A DNA stretch of 64,000 nt. Origin: Chrysomallon squamiferum. Taxonomy: Eukaryota; Animalia; Mollusca. The stretch covers positions 8,308,001-8,372,000 of the forward strand of contig CM022667.1 in the NCBI GenBank assembly GCA_012295275.1. The letters run 5' to 3'. Positions 13,916 to 32,613 of this stretch are shown one piece after another; position 1 is the stretch's first letter; each line of letters starts with the position of its first letter. The notes under the pieces are model-generated. The model was not told the DNA's origin and ran no database searches. It worked only from the letters and a program-made list of their open reading frames with translations. The position numbers were made by a program, and so were the translations under genes.

Positions 13916-16592
13916 ATATAACAAAAAGAAATAAGAACAAATTAAATCTTTAAAAAAAATAAGAGCAAATGTTCAGTACATATTATTGTTGTTTTGAAAC
14001 AGTTATTTAGTTTGTAAAATTGTAACTGTTGAAATCTCTTTTATGTAAACAATGTTATTTTTTTTTATTAATAATTAATTGTTGTTATTGTTATTATTTT
14101 TTTAATTATTAACTGAAATTATTATATGTTAATTGAAAACAAATGAATTATCTCATCTTCCTTTATATATCAATTCTTTCCAGTTTGAACTTTATTATTG
14201 TTATGTTACTGTTATTCACCTTATTACAATATGTAAGTTTCTAAAGTAAGAATTCTCCAGCTGTTCCTAAAATAATGTTACATCTGTTAAACCTTCTATT
14301 TTAAATTTTAACATTGCTGCTGTAGTTGGAGTTGTTGTTGTTATGTTTTAGGAGAAAGACCCAGTTGCTCAAGGCAATCCAGATTTACACTTCAACAGAG
14401 CTGTGGTGGGTAGATAAAACTGTCACCAAAATAAAACATTTATTATTCATTTATCTTGTTAATGACAACAGTACATCTAAATTTGTATTTTTCATTTCTT
14501 TTCTTATACTGCAGGATAAAATATGTTAGCATACACTAATCTCAGTTTCACACATACCAGAGAATTAATTGTAGTGGTATGAATGATCAGTTTGAATACA
14601 GTTTGACTGCATACAAGCAATTGTTTTATTTTTGCTGATGGCCAACCTTTGTTAACAATAAAATATGACCATAATATAACCATTCAACTAAGATACATAA
14701 AGACTGCTATTTCCCTTTTTGATTGTGTAATTAATTATTTTTTTTATATGGATGCTTAAAAAGTTTTGTACTGTTAGATATGATAGAACTAGCAATGATG
14801 TCTTCAGTTTCTTCAGTTTCAAGGACTAAATAATAGGTTGGATTGACATAGCTATTTGACATGAAGATCTGTACTAAGTCAAACATGTTTTTGCTGTATA
14901 AATGTAATATATAAAGTTGATTGTTAGAGAAAGTTATTGTTGTGTTATTACAGGCTTTCAAACACCAAGGAAGAATACCAGTTGGCTTTAGACGGGTTTG
15001 ACAAGGCAGCACAACTGGACCCAGGCTGGGAGGATGCACTGAACAAAGAAAAACAGCTGCTACAGTTTCTTACCAGCATACAAGAGATGATAGAAACCAA
15101 GGTGTGAAGCATTAATCTTTTTATATATAAACACTTACATTAAATGTATAAGACAGATGATACAAAATTAATATGTATCTTTTATATATACAAACATATT
15201 AAATACGAGATAACAACAGTGGTATATAAAAGTAAGAATCTGACATTTGAATAAACAAACAAATATTGGAAATATATATTACTTCTGTGTAATTTTTTTT
15301 ATTTCCAGCAGATACCAATCTTTGCTAAAAATAAAGTATGACAATAATAAAAGAAGCTGATGAGGATACATTTTCACTTTTTGAAAATATCAGTAAATAA
15401 AATTAATGCTTACACAGTTTTTCCATTTCTGTCATTTTATTTTATTTTATTTTATTTTATTTAAGGGTAAAATGAAAGCAAAAAAGCTGGAATCTCTCAT
15501 TCATTCTTTGTCTGATGACAAAGACCTTGGTCCCTATCATGGAGGAAGTTACACTGGAGCAAAAGGTCAAACGATCAAACTGGACTGCGTGAAATTCCAT
15601 GAGCTACAACCAGAAATAAACAAAGAAAAAGTTGTGCTGGGAAAAGTTGTTTGTACAATTACAAATCCTGACCAGGTTCCCTTGTAAGTATTAAGAAATC
15701 TTTAACATAAAATGAATTTTTCCAGTTTATTTGTGATTGAGCTGACAGAATACGGTTTCCAAAATCCTCAGTCTATTGAACTTAAAAAATAATTTAACTA
15801 TTATTAAACTAATTATTTTTTTAATGGTATTACTATTGCTCCTTTTATTTGTCTAAATATAACTTTCCTAAATAATTTAAAACATGTTTTAAATTTTTTT
15901 TCTAATTAACATTTCAGTGCATTCTGTTTGACTGATGCTAAAGGAAGCTGTTTTCCAGTCACAGTGTATAACATAGCTCAAGGGATGGGTGTGAAGATTG
16001 GAGACTCAGTGGCAATTCCAGAACCATTTGTTCAGAAAGTTGAAGTCAGTCATAAAGGACAGGTTTGTATTTTGATTTTAATTTTTTTTTTTTACAGTAA
16101 ATTATTTAATATTATTTCACTGTGCTATAAAGTTAAATTAAATTTTTATACACCTTTAGCAACTGACATATTTTAACTACTTTGTATTCCTCTGTATATT
16201 TTACTGTGTTGAACAAAATATAGTTCACAAGTTCCCCTGTACCACCAGTAGTTGCTACAATATTGTATCACTATTTCAATCTGATGCAGAACAGTCTACA
16301 TACATCATAGAAATTTTACTTCAGAGGTTGATACTTAGTGGACCTATAATGAGGTGGAGGGATTAGTTTTATTGGCTGATCTGAATTTCTTTATAATAGA
16401 ATCCATTTATGTTCTTTCCTTTGTGAAAAATGGCCTCTACAATCTATATAATTGTTTGTTTTTTTTTTTCAGAATTTCAGTTTTCAGAGTATTCGAGTGA
16501 ACACTCCAGTGGTGATGGTTGTGAATGGGAAGAAGATTGGAGCAAACAAACAGGCTCCAATTGTTTTATCTCTCAGTGCAATGTCAGACTAG
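11435..16592 (+). CDS. TTC5: Tetratricopeptide repeat protein 5 (TPR plus OB fold; tubulin autoregulation factor), 10 exons, apparent +1 frameshift in exon 7
   Basis: Exons: 11435-11527, 11894-12026, 12624-12835, 13153-13300, 13732-13823, 14352-14405, 14954-15101, 15466-15683, 15918-16062, 16473-16592. Motifs [78 protein letters not shown]. Confidence 0.95.
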
Positions 16593-18242
16593 CAGACATC
16601 TTGTTTTTTAAATGTCATCCAGACGTCACTGACTCAAAACCAGAACCGAGAAGATCTGGAACCAAATACCAGAGGGATTACTGAACAGAAAAGTGCTGGA
16701 GTATTAAAATGACAGTACTGTCCAGTACAGCCACTATGGGTGAAAGTAAAATAACAGAACATCTTTAAAAAGTGGAAGAACAGAAACAAGTTATAAACAT
16801 GTGACACTGAATAATTCTGCTCATAACACTTTAAAGATATGGGGAGGGGAATAAATAAAAAGAAAGGCCTTCCTTTTATAAAAAAGTATGGCAAATTTAT
16901 TTAATAGTATTTTAGTAACCACTTTACTGCCCATGCATTTGATGACTAAATAAATTCTTAATTGTTCCAATGTTAATGTAAAATAGAACATCCCGACTTA
17001 AGTGACAAAAAAAAGTTGTTTCATCTTTAACAAAAACTTTTTTTTTTTTAACTATATCTGTGATTTTTCGTGCCTATACCTTTTGCAATAAATTATTTTT
17101 TTATACAACATTTGTGACAATTTCTTTGAAACATGTTTCATAATTTAGTAGTTAGTAAGATGTGAATATTGAGAGAATTAGTAAAGACAAAAAACTAGGC
17201 AGTGGGTGACTGTGTTGGGAAAATTCTTTAGTTTTAGTTACAGCCAGCCAGAATCTTTACTTAATTCATAATTCAAAGTATCACAGTTCCTCTGTTACAG
17301 AGTTCAAATTTAATTCAGACTCTTCCTTTATATACAGTTTATTGTATTTAACATTTACCTGCAATGTACAGAATGACAAATTACATTTTTCTTTATAAAG
17401 TTTTGTATTTTTATTCTCCTCAGTGGCACACATCACATATTTACACTAGAACAATGTACATATAAACACTGAATATTTAGAAGTTATCAAATCTTCCAGA
17501 TTTGTGCAACTTTACACTATAAACTGAGAAGCAAAAAAACATGACTACTGTAAATTATCAAAAAAATTATTTATACACATAATTATATTTCTCTTATCTC
17601 TGTTTGCCATCTACCAGTAACAATGATTTGTGCTGCAGAATTTTACAAATGATTATTTTCAATACAGCTGTGAGCATTTTTAAACATTACAGTGTTAAAA
17701 ATGTCACAAATGGATAAATAAAAAATGATTAACTGCTGAATTTAATAAACAAAACATACAAATCTTTTAACATCAGGCATGATTTGAGTAGATGTGCATA
17801 TAAAATTAATTTATTTAAGTTTTAGTTTCTTTTATTCCTTTTAACAAAAGAATATATTTATAAATTATGTTTCAGAAAAATGATACCCACTGATCTAATC
17901 TTGAGGGACGTTAACTGAATATATATTACTGTTATTTTAAGTAATAAATAAAACAAATATTTATCACATATGAGAAACCATTTTTCTTCCTACAATTACA
18001 ACTTAAGTTTTTTTTTTTGTTTTCTTCTCTTTTTATCAGGCACTGTTAGTAAAATGTCTCTGGCTGTTCAAAATTTAAATTTACATAATTAGAAAAATCC
18101 ACCTTCATTCAGTCTTTTTATGCCAGATTTTTGTTTTTAGCATCCTGTCTGTGTGTGGTGATCTAAATATGTCTTCATGGTTATCAGACATCTTCATAAT
18201 TTACAGTTAGCAAACTCTGGTTGGTTAGATAACTCTTCCTCC

Positions 18243-19162
18243 TCATTTTCCTTTAGCTTTCATTGCAGGTTTTACATCGAGGGGTTTTATTGTTTGAATT
18301 TTGGTTGGGTCATAAGCGTAAGTCTTTTTTATTGGACCCTGTCCTGCTTCTTTGAATTTCACTGCATCCACTCGCCCCCGATCTTCAATTTCTCCTGCCA
18401 GCTTCGCATTGTTCCACGCTGTCGAAAGAGAGAAAAATACGATATAAAAAATATAAAAATACCTGAACATGTTCATTCAAAATATTATGAAAGAAACGAA
18501 AAACAAAATTGAAATATGCAGAAAATGTTATTACAAAACAAAAGTTTCATCTACATAAATAATATAGAAACTGTAGACATTTTTTTTTTTAGTCTTAATG
18601 TTACAGATGACAAAAATTCAACATTATAACAGATAAAATTTTAAATTCCATGATGATTTCTTCAAAAAATTAACAAACAAGCAAATGTTATAATGTATAA
18701 TCAGATAAATGAATGCATCCAGTCAAAAATAACACGAACATATAACAGATGAATACAGGATACTTTTCACTTTACAGTCTTTTCAACACTTTATTATTTA
18801 CCACTATGTTCTTTTTTCAAAACAATAAGGTCAATGACCCAATGTAATTTAATTTTCACCTGCTGTTTTCACCCTTAACAACAATGCTACAGGTGTTTTG
18901 TTGGATCTTACCTTGTCGAAATCCTTGAACGAATCCCTTCTTCTTTGGCATGACAGACGGGTCATGTTTGACAATGACTGGAATTTTGAAGTAAGCTCGA
19001 ATTTTGGGGATTCTCAGAAACAAGACTTGAATCAAAGAAAACAGGTTGGAGGTCAACCAGTACACCAACATAGCCTGAAACCAGAAAATTTACAGTAAAC
19101 ACATATATTAATCTTAATTAAAACAAAATAAATTTAGTGACTTTCAGTATTAATAGTATTAA

Positions 19163-19196
<34 letters not shown>

Positions 19197-22100
19197 GTGG
19201 CGTTGTTATTATTATTTTAACAATTCACTAAGATTCACTATATATTTTTTCTAGTTACTAGATCTAAATTAATTTTAAATATGAATATTAACTGTATTTT
19301 TCAAATTATATTAAATTATAAATAAAAATAAACATTCAGAAGAAAATATTCCAAAAAGAAGCCCCCCAACAAAATCAATTTTAAAACATTTTCCTTATTT
19401 TCGTTTTATACATTATTTTTATTTTTAATGTTACTATTAATAAATGAAATAATTTTAAAATGTACAACATGAACATACTACAGACTAGTTACTGTTTAAT
19501 GTGGAAAACCAAACTGTTTTAAAAACTGAAGATACATAATAAAAAAATTAACAATCTGTCAGATGATGTAAAATCTGTGAGAACTTACAGCAGGGAAGTT
19601 TGAAATAAGAGGTAACATGATCACTGGCATGATTCTCATAGCCCACTTCATTGTGTGTCCCATTGTGCCTGCCTTCACACCATCTGCACCCAGCTGTAAA
19701 ACACAAACAATTTTAAATTAGTTATTTTGTAACATATAACAGCTGTAAAACACACACGTTTTGTAACATGTACTTATAACAGCTGTAAAACACACATTTT
19801 GTAACATTTACTTATAACAGCTGTAAAACACACATTTTGTAACATGTACTTATAACAGCTGTAAAACACACACATTTTGTAACATGTACTTATAACAGCT
19901 GTAAAACAAACAACTTTAAATTAGCGATTTTGTAACATTTACTTGTAACAGCTGTAAAACACACAAACTATTTTAAATTAGTAATGCTGTAACACAAACA
20001 TTTTACTTCATAGTTTAAAGTGCGAACTGCTTCTGTGACAGTATCTCACATTAGAAACAATTACTTAATGTTGCATAAAACAATATATAATGTCCTGATG
20101 CTTATGTCTGAACACATGATTAAAGAATTAGGATTTACATCAGAAACTGTATTTGAATAAAACAGAACACAAATTTTAAAAACGAACACAATTATAACAA
20201 ACAATTTCAATATAAATTATACGAAATAAATAAAAATTAATACAACTCCTAATAATTAATAACTTATAAAATGTTAAAATGATATCTAAAACAACAGAAA
20301 ATGAGTGAACCTCGATGGTGGCTAGGAAGGTGCTCATGGTCAAAAGTGGCAGAGCGTAGTAGGGGTCGGGAACAGTGAGATCAGTGAACCAGAACAAGCC
20401 CCCTGTCTTCATGCTTTCAACAGGAAGATTCGCCATCTGCCGGACTCCCACAAACACAGACAGAAACACAGGCAACTGAAAAATAAAACAAATATTTCAT
20501 AAAACAATCTGTGTTATTAGTCAACTGATAAACCGGAAACTTTCTGATACTAAAAACTTTTTGAAATTCATCAGGTATTTAATCTTGTTTGATTGTAAAG
20601 ATTAGACAACATTTCTTAGTTTATTTGATTCTAAAATAAATGATACAATTATACACTGATAATAAATGTTTTCCATTAAATTAACAGTCTATGTAGATAT
20701 TTATGATCAATGTTAAAACTATTTTCTACTTTCTAAATTTTGACTAACCTGAGCCAGGGGTACAAGAAAATTCTTCATCACTTTAATTTCATGTTTTTTC
20801 ATGTAGTTCATTAACTCAGTCCCTGATCTGGCAGCTTTTAAAACAAACAAGATAAAAAAATAAAAAAATAAATTAAATAAATAAAATAAATTATAAAAAT
20901 AATAATATATTCCTAAAATACCCAACAAACTAATCAATAAAATAAGAAGCAATTTTAGTTTTAATATTTTTTTTTTGTTTTTTTTTGCAGATGTTTTCAA
21001 AGTTGTAACAAACTACAGAATCAGTCTTATAAATATTTTATTAAGAAATAAATAAATTTAAAAAGTACTAGGATGAGAATTTACCCTCAATGTGGTCTCC
21101 GCTCATTCTCGCCTGTGAGAAACGTTCCTGCAGACGTGTTATGTGGGGCATGTGGTTTGCCATGTTTGCAGCATTTTGCTGTGACTTGATTACCAGGGGA
21201 AACATCAAAAATCTCAAAGTTATTGTAGCTGCAAAGTAGTTCATTCTGTTTTACTTTTCAAACATTTCTCTTTTACAATAAATACAGAATATTTTTATAG
21301 TAACAACATCAGTGAAAGAATATATTAATAACATTTACTAGCCGAAATATATTTCTGCAAAATCTGTTTAAATTATTATTTGAAAGCTTTCTCAGTGATG
21401 GAATACAGCTTAATTCCTTTGCAAGAAATATTTAACTTTAGATAATACAATATACGAAAGATAAAAAATACCAAAGAATCTCCAAACAGTTATCACTTAT
21501 TATTTGGTTTCAAAATATTAAAGAGAAAAGTAATTTGGAGGTAATGAAATGTGTGTAAACTATTTCTAGCTGGATCTCAAAAGAATCAACTTGATGTTCA
21601 ATTCACAGACTCACTGGCGATGATGGCTCCCCACCAGGGCAGGTCGTAGCTGACGTGCAGGAACTCCAGCGTCTGCTGCAGCAAACCAGACGGCCAGTAG
21701 CTGCCCAGTCCCACGCTCTGCAACGTCGGCTCACCAAGGCATTTAGTGTCTGAACTGCATCAGACACCTCAGGGACAGGGAGGGGGGGAGGCTCAGGTAT
21801 GTAGTCAGCAGGAGGGGTAAGATCAAGTCCTTCCTGTAGAACACAACAGAATACATTTAAATACAACACAGAATACACTTAAATCATACAACATCAAATA
21901 CATTTAAATACAACACAGAATACACTTAAATACAACACAGAATACATTTAAATCATACAACATTAAATACATTTAAATCATACATTATAGAATGCATTTA
22001 AATCATATAACTTTTCATACACTGAAGTCATACATCACAACATACAGTGAAATCATACATCATTGAATACAGTGAAATCAAACATTATAGCATACATTTA

Positions 22101-23809
22101 CATGAAACAACGTAGTATATACTGAAATCACACAACATTGTATACATTCAAATCATGCAACTTTTCACACATTTAAATCATACAATTCATACAGATGTTA
22201 TATAAAATGATTTGACTTTCTCTCACAAAACCAATTATATAATTTTATTATTTCAGTCACGTTCTTTCTGTAACAAAAATTGAAACATACTTCACAGAGT
22301 GCATTAGAGTTATAATTTTGTTTATCTAAAGTTATCATAACAAATAGTATTTTTATTATTTCCACCAAAAAATGAACTGTATTTTCTTTAATTTATTTAT
22401 AAAATAATAAGTTATTACTCTATGTTGTTATTTTTATAAAATGTGTGTCTATATATATGTCCAAAACAGATATTTCAGAACAGATCCTTATTTTTTTTAA
22501 ATAAAAAAATAAATCAGTTGCAGAATCAAATTTAGCTGATTCCTAATAAAAAACAGTGTTAAATTCTTACTGTTGGTGATGAACTGTTGTGTCTGACTGC
22601 AGTGAAACTATAAAGAACTGCTGTGTTCCGAAAATGTGACACCGTAAACTGCTGATTGTGTAGATTTGTTGACTGGATACATCGCTTCATAAACACATTC
22701 TGATGAAAACATCGCCTGGACAGCTGAAAGAAAATGGAGGAAGCAATTAATATTTGTTAATATGTTGCAGCATTTTTAATATCAATGCCATTAGCTGCCA
22801 AAACATTTAATCATTAAAGGATCTGAAAATGATTAGATATTCATTTTTCTTCTTTTTTAAAAATTATCTTGCCTTCCTTCAGGTTTTTTTTTTGTCTGGT
22901 GGTAATCCTGAAATAAGTTAAAGGAAATGCTATGTAAATATTAATCCAATCCTGTTTTATTATCATGAATTGTAGCAAAACTCTGTCTTAGACTAAGCAC
23001 AAATGTAAATATTTTTAAAAATATTTTTGTGCGCATGTTGCATTTGCCACAGAAATAAAAGCTGTCCTGCATTTGGGAGATTTTCTCTACTAGTCACGGT
23101 TTTATTTTTCATTCATAATATAAATATTATTATACTAAATTAATGTGTTGAAATTTGTCATCAAAATATTTATTTCCTTTTCTCTCATTTTCAAAAATAT
23201 AAATATTTATAATTAAATAAATGTACAAATAATTATATTAATCAGTTTTTTCCTTTTCTCTCTCTTTTTTTAAAAATTTAAATATTTATAGTTAAATACA
23301 TGAATAAATTATTATATTAATCTGTGTTAGCTTTTATAAAATAGATTTGACGTATGAAGTTTTGGGAGAATAATAATAATTACTAATATCTGACACACTG
23401 ACAGTGATTGACACTTCAGTCATTCAGCTGCTGATTGCAGTTTAGTAATCTGAAAGATACGTTATCCATCTATTTAGATTTAACTGTTATTTAGGACTGA
23501 CGTACTAAACATAAAAGCTTTATGCTAAAAGTTAAATGTTAATAGTGTTACAGTTAATATTTAACTTTTAATCTAAGAATGTAGTTATGTAGTAAAGTTT
23601 AGGACGAAATAAACGTGGTATGAATGACCTTCAGTTGATCAAACTAATGCCCGTTAGTATCAGTGTTTAGGTCATATTTTTTAATATAAGTGTGAAAATG
23701 GGTTTTATCTCTTCAGAAAATATCAGCTTGAACGATCGCCACTTCTTACCCTAGTTGTACCATTAAAATGTCTGATGCAAACTCGAACATGCTTTAAAAG
23801 TGCTGCCAT
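18243..23809 (-). CDS. OXA1L: Mitochondrial inner-membrane insertase OXA1L (YidC/Oxa1), 9 exons, apparent -1 frameshift in exon 3
   Basis: Exons approx. 23809-23750, 22723-22571, 21833-21615, 21228-21085, 20834-20749, 20475-20311, 19693-19589, 19074-18912, 18419-18243. Basic presequence-like N-terminus; motifs LPWWGAII, TLRFLMFPLVIKSQQNAA, RQMANLPVESMKTGGLFWFTDLTVPDPYYALP, VYWLTSNLFSLIQ, FKEAGQGP. Confidence 0.95.
19691..19990. repeat. 38-53-bp minisatellite carrying 7 copies of the OXA1L exon 7 acceptor (gttttacag/CTG on minus)
   Basis: CAGCTGTAAAAC at 19691, 19740, 19780, 19818, 19856, 19896 and 19949. Confidence 0.9.
21841..22190. repeat. Degenerate ~22-25-bp minisatellite abutting the OXA1L exon 3 acceptor
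   Basis: Repeated ACAACACAGAATACA(C/T)TTAAAT-like units starting immediately outside the acceptor. Confidence 0.75.
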
Positions 23810-24682
23810 CGTGGATGTTCTGATAATTATTTCCTCCTTTTTGGTGTTGTGCTCCAGCTAAAAACTTTTGTTTATGATATTGTGGGTCTTAGTAATTTAA
23901 ATATAAATCCACAGCTTAATAAGAATGTATGTGTATATGTGTGCACCTATGTAAGTATGTATGTATGTATGTATGTACTATGTACGTATGTATATATATG
24001 TGTGTGTGTGTGTGTATGTGTGTGTGTGTATATATATAATGATTATATGCAATTATGTATGTCTAAAATAGTAGCAATTAAAACGTTTTGCTTTATTATT
24101 TTCTTCTAATATAAACATGAATCAATTTGAAGAAAAAAATAAAAATAAATAAGTAGTTTGTTCTGCTGATCGATCGTTCTAATATCCTATAAACGTATAT
24201 TTAATATTACTAATTAAGAATAAGCCAATATGTTTATATCAAATAACTTCCCACAGACTAGCATCAAATGTTTTGTATTAACATGTCCGTATCAGTTTTA
24301 ACAGTATTTCACAAATTGTTAATTCACTGATTCAGTGATTGGTAATTGGTTGATCGATACGATTGTCAGATAATTAAACAACTGAATGATTGATTATTTA
24401 ATCTATTCATTTATTAGTTTTGATCTTTGATAAAATATTGATATTCACGAATAAGTGTAATTATAACGCTTGCTAAGGCCTCTTTCTGTGGTCGCTGTAC
24501 CTATCATTCATCTCATTATTTTAAGTTCAGTTTAAGCATCTTCATTGGAGATTTAATAGTTGCGTCCCTTATTACTTTAATAGAGTTACGCCCCTTATCA
24601 CTTTCTGTTGTCGATCAACGGGGAAGTGAAGTGGAGAGAATAACGTTGCTAGTTACCGCGTGATGCTGGCTCATCGCGCGCC

Positions 24683-24689
24683 TATAAAA
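24683..24689 (+). promoter_or_regulatory. TATA box of the JmjC-like gene, inside the divergent OXA1L/JmjC intergenic region
   Basis: GCGCGCC-TATAAAA-AGG about 85 bp upstream of ATG 24769, in a CpG-richer patch; ETS-like GGGAAGT at ~24621. Confidence 0.55.
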
Positions 24690-24768
24690 AGGCATTTATC
24701 CGGTAATCCCATTCACAGAAGTGTCATTTACGAGACGAATGACACCAGGAGCTTGAGAGCATTTCGCA

Positions 24769-29574
<4,806 letters not shown>

Positions 29575-30807
29575 ACAAGGCCAACATTTTTTAAATATTC
29601 TGAAAACAAATTTACACGTTTTTTTCTGTTATCTCTGAACTCATATTTATTTTATTTTATACTTTTTAAAACTTTTTTGTGAGAGAACTATTTATTGATT
29701 TTCAAATATTTTACAATTTTCAGCTATTATTATTATTATAGACAGATCACATTTTATTACTGTTTACAAAATATTTAATTATAGCTTATAATTTAAGAAA
29801 TACTTATGCATAATTAATTTATCGTGATACCCATATTTTACCTGTTAATGGAAAAATAAAAATTAAACAAGGGAAAGAAAACAGCAGATAATCAGTATTG
29901 TTTTCTGATTGGTTATTGCCGTAATATAATATTTACCTGATAAAAAAATTTTGCCTGGAAAATAATATTAATATGTTAATATTTGTTCCTATTTAATTAA
30001 AAAAAATCAAAATATTGTTATTTGGCATAATCTATAATTTTTGAAAATGTAAATGTCAATTTGAATTAAATTTTGACAAGTGCTGGTATTAAATTTACAT
30101 CAAAACAAACTGTTCTATGTGTTTTTAAAAATTTGACAGTTCTATGTTTGTCATTAATCTGATTTGCCCATTCCAACTCTATTCGGTATCCACTAAAACA
30201 AAGAGAGACACACACACACACAAATATAAATTTATATCAGAACACACTATTCTATACATTCTTTAAAAAAATGTGACCATTCTTCATATACTCTATTCTG
30301 TATCCCTTAACATAAAATAAATATAAAATTTATATCAAAATATACCATTCTGTATATTCTTGAAAACAAATGTGACAGCTCTACATGTGTTAATCCTGAA
30401 TTGCCCGTTCTAACTGCATTCTGCATCCACTCACTGGAGGAAGACATCTGATTACAGCTGTAGTGTTGTCAATAAAGAGTCGTTCTCTGTTTAATTCTGT
30501 AAACTGACAGCTCCCATTCAGAGATAATTGCCAATTTGTTAAATGATTCACGTCGTTCACGATTCCACTGAAGACAATCTCCCAAACTGTTCAGCCCAAC
30601 TCATGCGTGACCAGATAACCAGCAGACTGCAAATTAAATCTTTCCTTTCTCGTTTCACAGTTTTATAAATGATTTTACTTGATGTCATTCATTTATTAAT
30701 GTCTTACGTTTAAGTCACAATTTTATCTTTTTTTTTTTCTTTTTTCTGCTAGCAAAAATAATAAAAAAATAATTAAATAAAAACAGCAATAATAATAATA
30801 ATAAAGG

Positions 30808-31066
30808 CAGGGGTGCTCAATACGTCGAGCGGTTAGATCGCGCACCATTCAGTGCAAGTCATCAGTAAGTGACCATAAATTTATTCAGTTGTATTCTGCC
30901 GTAAGGATTCATGCTTTGATGCAAGGTGCGCCAACATATACTGTGTATATAAAGTATATATAGTACATACATAAATAAATATATTTAATATGTTTTAATA
31001 CAGGTAGATCATATTGACCTGGTCAGTTTAAAAGTAGCTCGCAAGCTGAAAAAGTGGACACGCAAG
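30808..31066 (+). mobile_element. Non-autonomous hAT (Charlie-like) MITE remnant
   Basis: Starts CAGGGGTGCTCAATACGTCGA and ends ...AAAAGTAGCTCGCAAGCTGAAAAAGTGGACACGCAAG (degenerate right TIR). Flanking 8-mers AATAAAGG and CATTAAGG match at 6/8 as a possible TSD. Confidence 0.65.
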
Positions 31067-31387
31067 CATTAAGGCATTTGTTCTTTCAACCCAAAACACA
31101 CTCTAAACAATTTTCATTAAACGATATGGAAATTTTAAGACATTTTATTAAAATCAAACCATTTTTTTCTTCTTCTTTAGTGAATGTCGAAGCAATGTGA
31201 AAGGTATAAAAAGTTATTTAAATCATTACTCATTATAACACGATGTTTTTACAACCATTGTTTTTTCAACCAATACGAGCTTTAAGCAAACGTTAACAAA
31301 AGATACAAAGCCAAAATCTGAATGATAAGATTTTATTAAAAACAAACCAGTTTTTTTAATGACTCGTTAAACTGTGAAAAGTAAAAC

Positions 31388-31440
<53 letters not shown>

Positions 31441-32613
31441 CACCTTCAACATAATAATGTGTGATACATAATAATGTCCACACAGTTACTTTAATTCTGA
31501 CATTATAATACTTGTGGCAATACGGTAGACCGACAGAGAATAATTTTTAGGTTACACACAACATTTAGCTTTAACGAGGGTTACTAAAGTGGTGAGTTCG
31601 AACGAGTGAATACAATAACGGTTTTCTCTTGCAGATTAGACTGGTCAGGCGTCTTGTGTCAGAGCTCTGTGTCCTCCGTCGCCTGCAACCTGAAATATTC
31701 ACGAATATTTATTCCCCAACTCTGTGATTATTTTTAGGTACGGTTCTGTATTCCATTTGTTATAATTACTGTACACAGTGTGTGTCTGTTAAAACTGCTC
31801 AAACACCACTGCAAACAGAAATTCACAAAAACACATTTATAATTGTAGATACGTGGATAAAAAACTGAGTGATATATTTGTCTGGGTACTTGATCACTAC
31901 TCCCCTAATCAAAGTTGGGATATTCTTTCTTTCTTTATTTATTTTTTGTTTTTAAAAAAAAATCAAGGTGAAAACATTCATCCCTAAATCCGTTTATCAG
32001 TGATAATTATTTTCAAACATGTTCCATTTATGCCCCAGTCTTTTAATTAAAGTGCTACGATAAATAACACAACTCCTGATGTATGAGTCAAAACGTCAAA
32101 ACCGGAATCACTAGTTTGAACATGATGCCAGTCCATGCTTTCAGTGAGAAATGAGAAAACGACAGAAACATTGATTAGTTTGTTTCCCGCTTAGAATGGT
32201 GTTAATAATAAATAAATAAAGACACTCGTACAAAAACAGGGATTTGTGATTTATTTCTGCACTGTTAACCTAAGGACACAAGATAATCGCACTCGTCAGT
32301 GGGGGAGAGAGAGATGGAGGGAGGGAGAGAGAGAGAGTCCAGAATCATTTCCAGAATTAAAGATGATGATGATAATCATAATAACATAACAACAGCAACA
32401 ACAAATAAATAATATAATATAATATTAAATTAAATTTTAAATAAATAGTTAAACAGAAAACAAAACAATAAGAACATTTTAGGTAAGAAATAGGTTTTCT
32501 ATTTTATGAAACAGATATTCAGCACCAATTAAAATAAAACGTAATAATAATAATAATAAAAGAAAATAAATAAAAATCTAAAAATAGCTACGTAACCAAC
32601 TACTAACTGTTTA

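Noticed and set aside
23170-23330. ~85-bp intronic duplication in OXA1L intron 1 (similar ~115-bp duplication at 30170-30430)
   Set aside because: Real but ordinary AT-rich duplications away from splice sites; no functional signal.
31635-31737. Plus-strand exon candidate IRLVRRLVSELCVLRRLQPEIF...
   Set aside because: The nearest upstream donor would give only a 43-nt intron, no start or partner exon was found, and no homology was recognised.
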